Of a stretch of DNA of 64,000 nt, positions 37,787 to 47,378 are shown in pieces. The notes below the pieces were generated by a model. The model saw only the letters and a list, made by a program, of their open reading frames with translations. It made no database searches and was not told the origin of the DNA. Positions within the stretch are counted from its first letter, which is position 1; the number at the start of each line of letters is the position of its first letter. A program made the translations under genes and the position numbers. Source of the stretch: an uncultured Candidatus Saccharibacteria bacterium (GTDB lineage Bacteria; Patescibacteriota; Saccharimonadia; Saccharimonadales; JACDBH01); contig CAZXOA010000001.1 of the NCBI GenBank assembly GCA_964642275.1, positions 12,729 to 76,728 of the forward strand, written 5' to 3'.

Positions 37787-38961
37787 CGGAGCTGCTCATT
37801 CTCCTGTTTAATGCGCTGGATTTCGGTCTTGGCTGTTTGCCATAGATCGGGAGCATTACGGCTAGTCTTCATCTGATACCACCACTCTACGCCCCATAGA
37901 TCGAATGCGCGCATTCCGGTGCCTTCGGCGTATCTTATGCGAGCTTCTAGCATGCCAGGGTTCATTGACCTGTAAAGCTCTTCGATGGACTCCGTTTTCA
38001 TGCTGCGGTTCTCTGGCAGCCATGCCTCTGTTTGGAGCTCATGGATAAAGGTATCCTTGCCTGTTGTCAGCTCGGTTGCTCCCGCCAGGAAGGCGTAGAA
38101 CCATGCTGGTAGCGGGTATTCAAAGTAGCGATTAGTAATGGTCTTGTCCCACACGCGCTTGTAAATCGAAGCAGCAACCATGTCTGCGCGCGGCTCGCCA
38201 ACAGGCCAGCTTGGTGTGGCATTGTTGCTGCGGCTGACTATAACAGGTCTTGCGGGGTCAATCTTTTTGACAAATTCAAATTCGCGCACGAGCCGTTCGC
38301 GGCTATGATCCGGGCAGCCGCCGAATACGCTCAAGAAGAATTCGTTTTCGAGCTGGTAAGAGACCAGGCTCTGGCGGTTTTTGTAGCGGTTGATCGTTTC
38401 CTCGGTGTAGTCCAGCAAATCTTCCGTCCATTCCGGCATTGTCTTGATCATGGCCCATTCGGGGCCATGACACTCTGGCCAGCGCGGCTGGCGCAGGCCG
38501 ATGGCGAGGCTGACTGTACCGCCCGCCTGCTCTATCATGTCGAATTGCCAGTCGAGTTCGTCAAAATTGTACACGTCTGGCTGCGGTTCGTGGTTTTTCC
38601 AATAGCTGACCAGGCGGAAGTGTTTGATGCCCAGATCATCAATCATTGCCTGCAGGGTTTCGTGCGGGTCGACTTCTAGGTAGCGTGCGTAATCGGGTAT
38701 AAAAGTTGCGCCTACAATTAGGGGCTCGTTTTTGTGTTTGCTGATGTACCACTGCGCGATGCCGTACATACTTCCGAAGATAAGCAGTACGGTTGCAAGC
38801 GATCCTATCAGGAGCTTTTTCCAGAATTTTGTTCGCACTGTCCAGGCGGTGAAACGGTACCAGAATACCTGCCAGAAGCCAGCGCTTGCCGGCGGCTTTT
38901 TAAAACTGCTGGTGTGTTTGATGCGTGGTTTTTTTGCCGTCATGATAGTATTTGTAAGCAA
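37783..38961 (-). CDS. membrane-anchored TIM-barrel glycoside-hydrolase-like protein (GH42/GH5-like)
   Basis: N-terminal TM helix. WKNHEPQPDVYNFDELDWQFDMIEQAGG and YQLENEF resemble GH clan-A motifs. Confidence 0.35.
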   Translation of the reverse strand: MLTNTIMTAKKPRIKHTSSFKKPPASAGFWQVFWYRFTAWTVRTKFWKKLLIGSLATVLLIFGSMYGIAQWYISKHKNEPLIVGATFIPDYARYLEVDPHETLQAMIDDLGIKHFRLVSYWKNHEPQPDVYNFDELDWQFDMIEQAGGTVSLAIGLRQPRWPECHGPEWAMIKTMPEWTEDLLDYTEETINRYKNRQSLVSYQLENEFFLSVFGGCPDHSRERLVREFEFVKKIDPARPVIVSRSNNATPSWPVGEPRADMVAASIYKRVWDKTITNRYFEYPLPAWFYAFLAGATELTTGKDTFIHELQTEAWLPENRSMKTESIEELYRSMNPGMLEARIRYAEGTGMRAFDLWGVEWWYQMKTSRNAPDLWQTAKTEIQRIKQENEQLR

Positions 38962-39755
38962 TGACTAAGCCGCTTACGTTATCAATAGTTATACCAGTTC
39001 ACAACGAAGAAAGCCACATTAAAGCCTGCTTGGATGCTATTTCTGTGCAGGACAGGCCTCCTCTAGAGGTGATTGTGGTTAATAACAACTGCACGGATAG
39101 CACAGTTGCGCTTGCCGCGGAATATCCTTTTGTGCGGATTGTCAACGAGAGCCGTCCGGGTATCGCTCATGCCCGAAATGCGGGGTTTAATGCCGTCAAG
39201 GGCGAGATCATAGGCAGGATTGATGCGGACACCAGACTACCAAAAAACTGGGTGAGGATCATGAGTAATTTCGCTACCAAGCATCCGGACAGCGCACTGA
39301 CTGGCGGGGCATATTTTTATGATTTGAAGCCGGGGGGTTTCTTTGGCTGGATTCAAGGTCAAGTTGCCTTCCGTATGAACAGGTTTATTATCGGACATTA
39401 CATAACGTGGGGTTCGAATTTGGCATTCCGGCGCGAACTCTGGGATGAGGTGAAAGCTGAGCTGCACAACGACAAAGATATACACGAGGATATGGATCTT
39501 GGGATGCACCTTCACGACAAGGGCTATCGGATAACATATAAAGCCGGGTTGAAGGTAGGCATAGACTCAAGATTATTCAGCCGAAAGCGCAGAACCAGGA
39601 AGCAGCACCTTGCTTACTTGAAAATGTGGCCAAGAACACTCTCAAAGCATGGGTATAAGAGAGTCTGGGTGGGGTGGCTGGGTGTATATATCGTGTATTT
39701 TTCTTATTACCCGTTTTTTATTCTGCACTGGGCAAGTCAGAAGCTGGAAAAGTAG
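38961..39755 (+). CDS. family 2 glycosyltransferase
   Basis: LSIVIPVHNEE...RIDADT DXD-type GT2 signature. Confidence 0.7.
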   Translation: MTKPLTLSIVIPVHNEESHIKACLDAISVQDRPPLEVIVVNNNCTDSTVALAAEYPFVRIVNESRPGIAHARNAGFNAVKGEIIGRIDADTRLPKNWVRIMSNFATKHPDSALTGGAYFYDLKPGGFFGWIQGQVAFRMNRFIIGHYITWGSNLAFRRELWDEVKAELHNDKDIHEDMDLGMHLHDKGYRITYKAGLKVGIDSRLFSRKRRTRKQHLAYLKMWPRTLSKHGYKRVWVGWLGVYIVYFSYYPFFILHWASQKLEK

Positions 39756-39756
39756 C

Positions 39757-40344
39757 TTAGGCGGGGTTAGTGGTCTTTTTGTCGCCGTCCTGCTGGATGC
39801 GGCAGGCGCCCCATAGGCCGAGGCTTTGTTCCCTAGCTTGGCGTTCTAATTCGCGGAATTCATCCATTTTTTCAAACGGAAACAGCGTGTAGGCAAATCC
39901 GTATCCCTGCCGGATAAGCTCGGCGTTTACCAGTCTGCCGTCGGGTAGATACACGTAGCGCAGCAGCCGGTTGTAGCGGTCGCGGTTGGTGTTGGTAGGA
40001 TCGGCCTCGAGCCTGACCGGGCTGTTGCCGATGAAAGACTTGGTAAACTCGCTAGCGGCTTTGCCAAAGCACTGGACACTGGTGCGCGGATCCTGTGTTT
40101 CGGGTGTGTCTACCCCTATAAATCTCACGCGTTCAATTGTGCCATTCATATCTACCGCGATGGTGTCGCCATCTTCAAATGAGGCGACAGCGTATTGCCC
40201 GGGCTGTGTGGTAACGACCGCTTGCTTGGTGGTGTCGATCCACCCAAATTGTTGAGCCAGCAGGGTTGCGCCGATAACACAGAGCGCCAAAAACAGGCTG
40301 AAAAGCTTCCGTTTTTGAGCTTTAGTGAGTAGTTTGCGCGCCAT
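39757..40344 (-). CDS. thermonuclease (SNase-like) secreted nuclease
   Basis: N-terminal signal/TM helix. SNase motif RFIGVDTPE, and NAELIRQGYG. Confidence 0.7.
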   Translation of the reverse strand: MARKLLTKAQKRKLFSLFLALCVIGATLLAQQFGWIDTTKQAVVTTQPGQYAVASFEDGDTIAVDMNGTIERVRFIGVDTPETQDPRTSVQCFGKAASEFTKSFIGNSPVRLEADPTNTNRDRYNRLLRYVYLPDGRLVNAELIRQGYGFAYTLFPFEKMDEFRELERQAREQSLGLWGACRIQQDGDKKTTNPA

Positions 40345-40361
40345 GCTCTTCAGTATAGCAA

Positions 40362-41363
40362 TTAGTCTTTAAATACAGGCGGGTTGGGATTCTTGATGGC
40401 CAGCGAGCCAATGATACCGCCGGCGAGCAGCCCTCCGATAATGAGCAGGCTAAGATTGGTTGATATATGTGCGTCAAGCCACTGCATGCCAAACACTTCG
40501 CTCGGTGCAATGGCCAGCTTGATACCGACAAAAATCAGCAAAAATGCCAGTGCGTAATTGAGCAGCCAAAAACTATCCTTGATATGGTCAAACACAAAGT
40601 ACAGCGCACGCATACCAAGAATTGCTGCGGCGTTACTGGCAATAATAATAAACGGCTCATGCGAGACCGCCAGCACTGCCGGGACAGAATCGACGGCAAA
40701 GACAATATCGGTAAATTCAACCACTAGCAGTGCCATAAACAGCATAGTGGCAACGCGCTTGCCGTTTTCGTGTGTAAATAACTTATGGCCGTCAAGTTTG
40801 TGGCTCACCGGTATGAACATCTTGGCGATTTTGAAGAAGCGGCTGCTGGCTGGATCATACTCGTGCTCTCTGTTAGTGCGGAGGATCTTGAAACCGCTCC
40901 AGAGCAGGATGAGGCCGAAAAGTATGAGTACTGGTTCGAATCTTTCTATCAGCGCAATGCCCGCAAACACAAAGATAGTGCGCAGCACAATAGCGCCAAT
41001 CACTCCCCAGAACAGCACCCGGTGCTGGTATTTCTTCGGGATTTTGAAGTATGCAAGTATCAGCGCCCAGGTAAATACATTGTCGATGCTGAGCGACTTC
41101 TCTATCAGGTACCCGCTAAAGTACTGCCCTGCGGCCTCGTTGCCAAAGACATTCAGAATAACGACACCAAGTCCAATCCCCAGTAAGATCCAGGCGACTG
41201 ATTGCCAGACGGCGTCCTTAATCTTTGTGGCTTCGTCTTTGCGGTGCAGTACAAGGATATCAACTAAGATGAGTGTAAGGAACCAAGCGCCAAGCACGGC
41301 CCAATGCCACCACTGAACGTCGAGATTAAGAGCGAGCGCTCGCACTGCTTCAGCAAAATACAT
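40362..41363 (-). CDS. TerC-family integral membrane protein
   Basis: Polytopic protein with TerC-like repeats (SLSIDNVF...; AVDSVPAVLAVS). Confidence 0.7.
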   Translation of the reverse strand: MYFAEAVRALALNLDVQWWHWAVLGAWFLTLILVDILVLHRKDEATKIKDAVWQSVAWILLGIGLGVVILNVFGNEAAGQYFSGYLIEKSLSIDNVFTWALILAYFKIPKKYQHRVLFWGVIGAIVLRTIFVFAGIALIERFEPVLILFGLILLWSGFKILRTNREHEYDPASSRFFKIAKMFIPVSHKLDGHKLFTHENGKRVATMLFMALLVVEFTDIVFAVDSVPAVLAVSHEPFIIIASNAAAILGMRALYFVFDHIKDSFWLLNYALAFLLIFVGIKLAIAPSEVFGMQWLDAHISTNLSLLIIGGLLAGGIIGSLAIKNPNPPVFKD

Positions 41364-41472
41364 ATGTTGGCTGTATTATGTCGCTTCTTGCGCCAAAGAC
41401 GCAAGGCTTTTTGCTGCTTTTGCGATCTACAGAGGCAGTGCTGGGTTACTAGACATTTATCATAATCGTGGT

Positions 41473-42066
41473 ATGATAGATTTTATGGCCGAACGAGATG
41501 GATCACTTAAAAAGGAACAGCGCCTTAAAACAGCGCGGACTATCCTCTGTACCGCCGCTCTTTCTGTGCTCGGGACGCTTGTTGCCAGCGAAGCGGTGCG
41601 CGAACCCGAGCCTGAACACGCTCATAGCTACTACAGGCCGCTTGATGATTTTGCCGAAGGTCCCGCCACATGGCAGGAGTATGAAGCTATGATAGGCTTA
41701 ACGCATCAGAGTACCTTTCGTGAAACCCCCTCTCTCACGCCCAGCGAGTTTATAGATTATCAGGAGGGCGGCGAAGCCGGTTTTGTTATTCATGAGGTCT
41801 TGATGAATACAGGAGAGATTAGAATGGTAAGGGTTGCGAATGGAAATGGTGCCAGAGTAGCGCCATTGATCGCAAGGTGGTGTTTTAATGGTACTATGCG
41901 CATGGACATGGTGGCTCTAAGAGACATCGAAACAAGGCTGGGCACAGACCTAAGCGTGCTGCCTGGGCATGAGGATACTTGCCGAACGGATGCGGTGTAT
42001 AACAACGCCTGTCTGCCAGTCGAAGCGTGGGCGAATATCCCGCAGAACAGCTCCCGCGTCTGTTAG
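41473..42066 (+). CDS. hypothetical secreted/membrane protein
   Basis: 197-aa ORF with an N-terminal hydrophobic helix. Confidence 0.3.
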   Translation: MIDFMAERDGSLKKEQRLKTARTILCTAALSVLGTLVASEAVREPEPEHAHSYYRPLDDFAEGPATWQEYEAMIGLTHQSTFRETPSLTPSEFIDYQEGGEAGFVIHEVLMNTGEIRMVRVANGNGARVAPLIARWCFNGTMRMDMVALRDIETRLGTDLSVLPGHEDTCRTDAVYNNACLPVEAWANIPQNSSRVC

Positions 42067-42464
42067 GTCCCCTGCCACAAGCCAAATTCTTCTTAGTATA
42101 CATTATATCATACCATGTCAAGTATGTCAATAGTTTCTGCTCATTTACCCCTGTTTCACGCGGCTTTCACGGCCGATAGGCTGTGTATAGACAACGCCCT
42201 TTCAGGGCTTCTGCTTTCCTGCCCGGCTTTCAGAAAACAGATTACGAAGCAGCTGTCCGTTCGGGTAATTTCTTGTTCCGAGGACTGTTTGAAATGCGGT
42301 AGCATGAGTTCCACAGGAACAACTTGAATGGACAGCTGGTTTGTAGTCTTGTTTTTATGAACCGCCGTGTCGTTTTTTGTGTTCCCGTTTTTGTCGATGC
42401 AAAAATGGAACGATTCGGTTCCTTATCTAAGGAACAAAGGGGTTTGTCTCTTTATAAAAGAAGT

Positions 42465-43034
42465 CTAAAAATCAATGCCTTTATTCGCGAGGAATTTATC
42501 ATCGAAATGGTGCTTCATTTTGGTCATGTGGGTAGCGATATCGACTCTTTCTAACAGCTCCTCTGGGAAATTACGGCCGGTCAGGCAGAGGCTGGTTTTG
42601 GGCGCACGCCTAGTGATTAGTTTTTCCAGCTGCTTTTTGGTTAGCAGGCCGTCGTGTACGGCGTTGTTGATTTCGTCGCAGATGACCAGGTCGTATGTGC
42701 CGGTGCTGGCGGTTTCAAACGCGGCCTCGAACGTTTCTTTGGCGGCCTGCTTGTGTTCGGCTTCGGTTACGTCCTTTTCGCTTAAGTCGCCGGCGTTATA
42801 AAACCCCTTGCCGCCTTTGTAAAACAGCAGTTTATCACCATACAGCGGTGCGATCTTCTCGATAAAATCGTGTTCGCTGACCTGCCATGATTTGACGAAC
42901 TGGATAAACGCCACCCGCCAGCCGGCGCCAAGCGCCCGCGCTAGTAGCCCAACGCCAGCAGAGGTCTTGCCCTTGCCTTCGCCGGTGTATACCACCACGA
43001 CCGAATCCTTGGTCTTGTAATCCTCAAACGCCAT
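42465..43034 (-). CDS. cob(I)yrinic acid a,c-diamide adenosyltransferase (CobA/CobO/BtuR family)
   Basis: P-loop VYTGEGKGKTSAGVGL and the conserved C-terminal region. Confidence 0.75.
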   Translation of the reverse strand: MAFEDYKTKDSVVVVYTGEGKGKTSAGVGLLARALGAGWRVAFIQFVKSWQVSEHDFIEKIAPLYGDKLLFYKGGKGFYNAGDLSEKDVTEAEHKQAAKETFEAAFETASTGTYDLVICDEINNAVHDGLLTKKQLEKLITRRAPKTSLCLTGRNFPEELLERVDIATHMTKMKHHFDDKFLANKGIDF

Positions 43035-43054
43035 ATTTACTTATTTTAGCAGGG

Positions 43055-43687
43055 TTATACAGGAGTTGCATCCAAGTCGTAGCCAATCGGTCGGCGTAGT
43101 TCCTCGGCGGAGTTGTGGGGTTTTGCATAAATTTGTCCCAGGAAAAGATTGAACTCGTCAAACCCGTTGTGGTCTGCAAAGGACTTGTCAACGGTACCAA
43201 GAATGTTCGTCTGGTTGTCAACCAAGAATGCAGCCATTGATACACGAGCTTCTTTGTGGGGGCTTATGATCCTAGAGCATGTTCTAAGTTCCATGGAGCC
43301 TTGCTTCAGGTGCGATGCGGCTCTTGCAGCGCTTCTCCAATCTAGTCTTTGGCCGCCATCTCCAATAGTGAATGAAGAAAATGCGCCGTCACCGATAAAG
43401 GCCATAGATGCTACTTCCGGATTGCGAATCACTTCAATAATCTCATCAAGAGCAGGTTGTAACAAGATTGTAGCGCCCAAGAAACGTCTTGCTCGGTCTG
43501 CTGCAAGTACTTGTGCATGCTCTGCAAGTGTTTGTTTGTTCTCTTTTGTTCCACCTGAAGTTATGATGACGGCCTGACCTTCGTCCGAAGGCAGGCTTAG
43601 CTGGCCCGATTGAAGCAGCTGCTCTCGGTGTTCAACAGCGTCCACTACCTGGTTGTATCTGTAAACTCCACCTGAAATACGTCCCAT
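43055..43687 (-). CDS. hypothetical protein
   Basis: 210-aa ORF. The IITSGGT motif hints at a nucleotide-binding Rossmann-like fold, but the family is not assignable. Confidence 0.3.
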   Translation of the reverse strand: MGRISGGVYRYNQVVDAVEHREQLLQSGQLSLPSDEGQAVIITSGGTKENKQTLAEHAQVLAADRARRFLGATILLQPALDEIIEVIRNPEVASMAFIGDGAFSSFTIGDGGQRLDWRSAARAASHLKQGSMELRTCSRIISPHKEARVSMAAFLVDNQTNILGTVDKSFADHNGFDEFNLFLGQIYAKPHNSAEELRRPIGYDLDATPV

Positions 43688-43791
43688 ATACTTATTATAT
43701 CACACATACTAATAATATGCAACAGGTTTACTAGGTGGCTATCCTCTCAAGGCAAGTACATCCCAAGAGGGTTCAACTGTTTACTATTCTT

Positions 43792-44376
43792 TCAGGATTG
43801 TTGTTCTGCTCGTTTGGGAATGATTTCGCCTGCAAGAGCGAGCCTAACTGCGCAGATGGTATATCTTATATCAGGGTCAAGCCGGCCCGTCATTTTATCT
43901 ATTCTTTCCAAGTTATGGAGGACTGTGGTCGAATTCTTGTATCTCTCGGTATCTTCCTTCAAGTCGGCCAGCGTATTTTTGTCTCTGAGTGTGCTGGAGA
44001 TGAGCGGGTCGTTAGCGGTGAGCAGCCGTTCGATCTGTTTGTCTGTCATCTGAGAAAATAATGTCGGCTCCGGGGCTTGGGGCAGATCAGGCGCTTCAGC
44101 GGTGTCGACATAGACAATAAGCTCGGCGCGTCTCTGCTGCGGAGCTGTGGATCTGTTCTTTGAAGTCAGTATTTCCCTGATTTTATGATGCGTAAGTACT
44201 ACAGGTAATGGTATGACAGTCGCTTCGGTGCTGGCAATTGCACCGGTGCTATGGCCAATCATCCGGAGTCTTTCATCGAATCTCGGATCATAAGGCTCCA
44301 ACCACGCCCGCTCTGCACCTTGCTCTGCGGCTGGGTCGGAAATATCCTGGTTGAAACACCTCGCTGCTACTCCCAT
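43792..44376 (-). CDS. hypothetical protein
   Basis: 194-aa ORF with no motifs. Confidence 0.3.
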   Translation of the reverse strand: MGVAARCFNQDISDPAAEQGAERAWLEPYDPRFDERLRMIGHSTGAIASTEATVIPLPVVLTHHKIREILTSKNRSTAPQQRRAELIVYVDTAEAPDLPQAPEPTLFSQMTDKQIERLLTANDPLISSTLRDKNTLADLKEDTERYKNSTTVLHNLERIDKMTGRLDPDIRYTICAVRLALAGEIIPKRAEQQS

Positions 44377-44439
44377 GAGCCATACAGTACAGCAGCCCCA
44401 GTATCGGGGCTGTGATGTGGCTCACAAGAAATATGTGAT

Positions 44440-44682
44440 TTAGGACACAATATTGTGTTTTTTAAGAGACTCGTCGATTTTGGGGCGGTCGAAGCCGACA
44501 ATAATATCGCCCTTGATATCAATCACGGGGATTCCCATCTGGCCGGATTTTTCAATAGCTTCTTCGGCAATGCTGCGGTCGGATTCAATATCTTTGGTGT
44601 CATAAGAAACACCAAGCTTATCGAGGTATTCCATTGCTGCGTGACAAAATGCGCACCAGCTTGCGCTATAGACGGTAACCAT
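44440..44682 (-). CDS. glutaredoxin-like protein (NrdH/thioredoxin fold)
   Basis: CxxC active site VTVYSASWCAFCHAAMEYLD. Confidence 0.65.
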   Translation of the reverse strand: MVTVYSASWCAFCHAAMEYLDKLGVSYDTKDIESDRSIAEEAIEKSGQMGIPVIDIKGDIIVGFDRPKIDESLKKHNIVS

Positions 44683-44683
44683 A

Positions 44684-44872
44684 CTATCTCTCCCTGTTAT
44701 TTATCTTGATTGATGCCTTAGACGTTTTTCGCAGCAGCCACTGCATACTAAGGGAGACGCATAGAACAGCTCCGATAATAATCATAATTGTTACAACGTT
44801 TGTTGAAATAATGTGTCCGACTGCTTCTGCTTCTGTGGCGTGTTCTACACCGTGGTGCGCAAATAATTCCAT
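44684..44872 (-). CDS. small His-rich membrane peptide, coupled to the glutaredoxin gene
   Basis: 62-aa ORF whose stop is 2 nt from the nrdH-like start. It has one TM helix. Confidence 0.25.
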   Translation of the reverse strand: MELFAHHGVEHATEAEAVGHIISTNVVTIMIIIGAVLCVSLSMQWLLRKTSKASIKINNRER

Positions 44873-44994
44873 AGTGGTTATAGTATATCATTTGGACGCA
44901 AGTGAGCACATGGCGTGTGTATTGTGCCTGGATTTAGAAAAATGGTTTGGCGATGCTTGTAAAGTATGCGTCTCCTCTGTTATAGTGAATCTAA

Positions 44995-45342
44995 ATGGGT
45001 AAAGCCGCTACGCGTAAGCGAACGAGGAAGTTTAAGGGTGACCCGGTTGTAGATCAACTGGCGGTTGCTAATGCCCGCGGCATGTTTTTTGCCAATCTGT
45101 TTGGCATGGGGTGGCGCTTGGCGCTCATTGTGCTCGTACCGATTTTTGCCGGGGTGCAGCTTGATAAGAAGTTTGATACGGCGCCGTCACTCACATTGGC
45201 GGCATTTTTTCTTGCGGTTTTTGGAGCCGGTGTTATGATTGCACAGACCTACAACGACATGGCCAAGCAACAAGCGCTCGATGACGCAAAAGAAACAAAG
45301 CGCAAGCAGCGCCGGCTGTTAAGAAGGAGAAAGAATGCTTAG
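44995..45342 (+). CDS. ATP synthase protein I/AtpZ-like small membrane protein
   Basis: First gene of the atp operon. Two TM helices and a basic N-terminus. Confidence 0.4.
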   Translation: MGKAATRKRTRKFKGDPVVDQLAVANARGMFFANLFGMGWRLALIVLVPIFAGVQLDKKFDTAPSLTLAAFFLAVFGAGVMIAQTYNDMAKQQALDDAKETKRKQRRLLRRRKNA

Positions 45343-46165
45343 ATTTTTGTCAGTTTTTGCTGCAGTAGAAGAAAGCGGCCCAGCAATTCACATGACACCG
45401 GGCGAGCTGTTTACGCTTGGCGGGATTAGTGTCACCAACTCGATGGTATGGGGAGCTGTGTCTTCATTGTTTATTATTTTGCTGCTTGTTACTGTTGCGC
45501 GTCGTATGACGATACGACCAAAGCGCGGCTTTACGCAGTTTGTCGAGATAGGCACCGAATTTATTATCTCTACCATTCAGAGCGCTGTTGGTTCACGCAA
45601 AAAGGCCATCAAGTATGCGCCTTATTTTGTGACGGCATTCTTTTTTGTGATGTTTACGAACTGGCTGGGGCTTATACCTGGCGGCGGCGAGGCTGTGGTT
45701 TACAACAATCAGCCGATAGTTCGCCCATTCACAGCTGATTTAAACGGCACTCTGGCGGCATCGCTCGTTATGATGGTGCTCGTGCAATATTTCGCAATCC
45801 GCGACTTAGGCGGCAAGAAGTACCTGCGCCACTTCTTTGCTGGCAGCCTCAAAAATCCTGCCACATATCTGCTTGGTGTCTTTGAGATGTTTTCTGAACT
45901 GACCAAAGTCGGAAGCTTGGCGCTTCGGCTTTTCCTGAACGTGGCTATTGGTGAGGCAATCATTGCAATCTTTACGTATCTTGGCAGCTTTGCTGCGCCG
46001 ATCACCGTGCTGCCTATCCTGATACTGGAGCTGTTTATCGGCGCGCTCCAAGCCTACATATTCACCATGCTTACTATTATGTACCTGTCTGCGGCCATCA
46101 AGCACAATCATGAGGCCGAAGATCTGGAACGTCACGAGCTCGCTAAGCAGGCTGCAAGTGCGTAG
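45335..46165 (+). CDS. atpB: F0F1 ATP synthase subunit a
   Basis: Polytopic protein with the conserved Arg-containing helix (LALRLFLNVAIGE). Confidence 0.85.
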   Translation: MLRFLSVFAAVEESGPAIHMTPGELFTLGGISVTNSMVWGAVSSLFIILLLVTVARRMTIRPKRGFTQFVEIGTEFIISTIQSAVGSRKKAIKYAPYFVTAFFFVMFTNWLGLIPGGGEAVVYNNQPIVRPFTADLNGTLAASLVMMVLVQYFAIRDLGGKKYLRHFFAGSLKNPATYLLGVFEMFSELTKVGSLALRLFLNVAIGEAIIAIFTYLGSFAAPITVLPILILELFIGALQAYIFTMLTIMYLSAAIKHNHEAEDLERHELAKQAASA

Positions 46166-46202
46166 TAGGAACCAATTAAGTAAATAAAGGAGTTATAGAA
46201 AG

Positions 46203-46409
46203 ATGGAATTAGAAATCATCGGTAAAGGCATTATGATGGCATTTGGTATGCTTGGCCCAGCAATTGGAATTGGTATGATCGGCTCAGCCTTCATGAACGC
46301 CGTCGGACGCAATCCGGAGGCAGCCAAGTATTTCGGCCAGATCTTTGTGATTATCGCTATCGTCGAGCTTATGGCATTGCTCGTATTCGCATCACTATTC
46401 ATCATTTAA
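46203..46409 (+). CDS. atpE: F0F1 ATP synthase subunit c
   Basis: 68-aa hairpin proteolipid with the GxGxGxG helix and a carboxylate helix (IVELMALLVFA). Confidence 0.85.
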   Translation: MELEIIGKGIMMAFGMLGPAIGIGMIGSAFMNAVGRNPEAAKYFGQIFVIIAIVELMALLVFASLFII

Positions 46410-46440
46410 GCGCGGAGTTATAGAAAGATAGAAAGGAATT

Positions 46441-46965
46441 ATGCTACCAACGTATTTTGCAGCTGCAGCAGACGAAGGCGGGATTTTGGGTTTTAGCGTC
46501 CAGGCATTCATTATCCAGATCATCACGTTCATTCTTGTCTTTATACTGCTCAAGAAGTTTACATTCAATAAGATTGTTGCCCTGCTTGATCAACGCCATC
46601 AGGTTATCAATGAAGGTGTCCGCCATGGCCAGCAGATGAGACAGGAGCGCGAAAGGTTCGAAAAAGAAACCGGCAAAATTGCCCGTGAAGCACGACACCA
46701 GGCCGATGAGATTATCGGCGATGCGCAAAAAGAAGCGCGCGAGATTGTCCGCGAAGCTGAAAAGGCAGCCAGCAAGAAGTCAGAGCTTATCCTGGCAGAT
46801 GCTGAAGCCCGGATTAACGAAGAAGTCGCTCAGGCCAAGCGCCGGGTAGAAAAAGACGTTGCCGAGCTCGTATCTGAAGCAACCGAAGCGATTGTCGAAG
46901 AAAAAGTCGATAGCAAACGCGACGCAGAGCTTATCGATAAGGCAATAAAGAAGGGCCGTAAATAA
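46441..46965 (+). CDS. atpF: F0F1 ATP synthase subunit b
   Basis: N-terminal TM helix followed by a long charged coiled coil. Confidence 0.8.
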   Translation: MLPTYFAAAADEGGILGFSVQAFIIQIITFILVFILLKKFTFNKIVALLDQRHQVINEGVRHGQQMRQERERFEKETGKIAREARHQADEIIGDAQKEAREIVREAEKAASKKSELILADAEARINEEVAQAKRRVEKDVAELVSEATEAIVEEKVDSKRDAELIDKAIKKGRK

Positions 46966-46967
46966 GC

Positions 46968-47378
46968 ATGAGTACGGCCGTCACGCGTAAAGAGCTGGCC
47001 GCTATTGTCGGTGAGAAGACACTGGCGATCTCTGACCGTGCCGAACTGGCGCGCAGCGTCGCGGCCTATATTGCTACCGAAAAGAAACCGGTAGATATTG
47101 ATTCGCTCGTGCGTGATGTTATGCAGTACCGGCTCGAGCGCGGGTATGTGGAGGCTATTGCCTACAGTGCTCACGTACTCCCGGATAACGTGCTCATAGA
47201 TATCGAGAAATTATTGCAAAAGCAGTATCCCAAGGCACACAAGGTGCACATTGATAATAGAATCGACGAGACTGCTGTAGGCGGGGTGCGTATTGAGCTC
47301 CCAAATGAAACGCTCGACTTGAGCATCAGATCAAAACTCAATTTGTTTAAACGGCGGTTATCCGAGGAAAGGAACTAG
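46968..47378 (+). CDS. atpH: F0F1 ATP synthase subunit delta (short form)
   Basis: Its position between b and alpha, and the OSCP-like C-terminal region. 136 aa, shorter than the typical ~180 aa. Confidence 0.65.
   Translation: MSTAVTRKELAAIVGEKTLAISDRAELARSVAAYIATEKKPVDIDSLVRDVMQYRLERGYVEAIAYSAHVLPDNVLIDIEKLLQKQYPKAHKVHIDNRIDETAVGGVRIELPNETLDLSIRSKLNLFKRRLSEERN

Noticed and set aside
42090-42464. Cobalamin riboswitch near the CobO-like adenosyltransferase gene
   Set aside because: The 375-bp spacer is downstream of the minus-strand cobO-like gene, not in its 5' leader, and shows only short hairpins with no B12-box-like motif.
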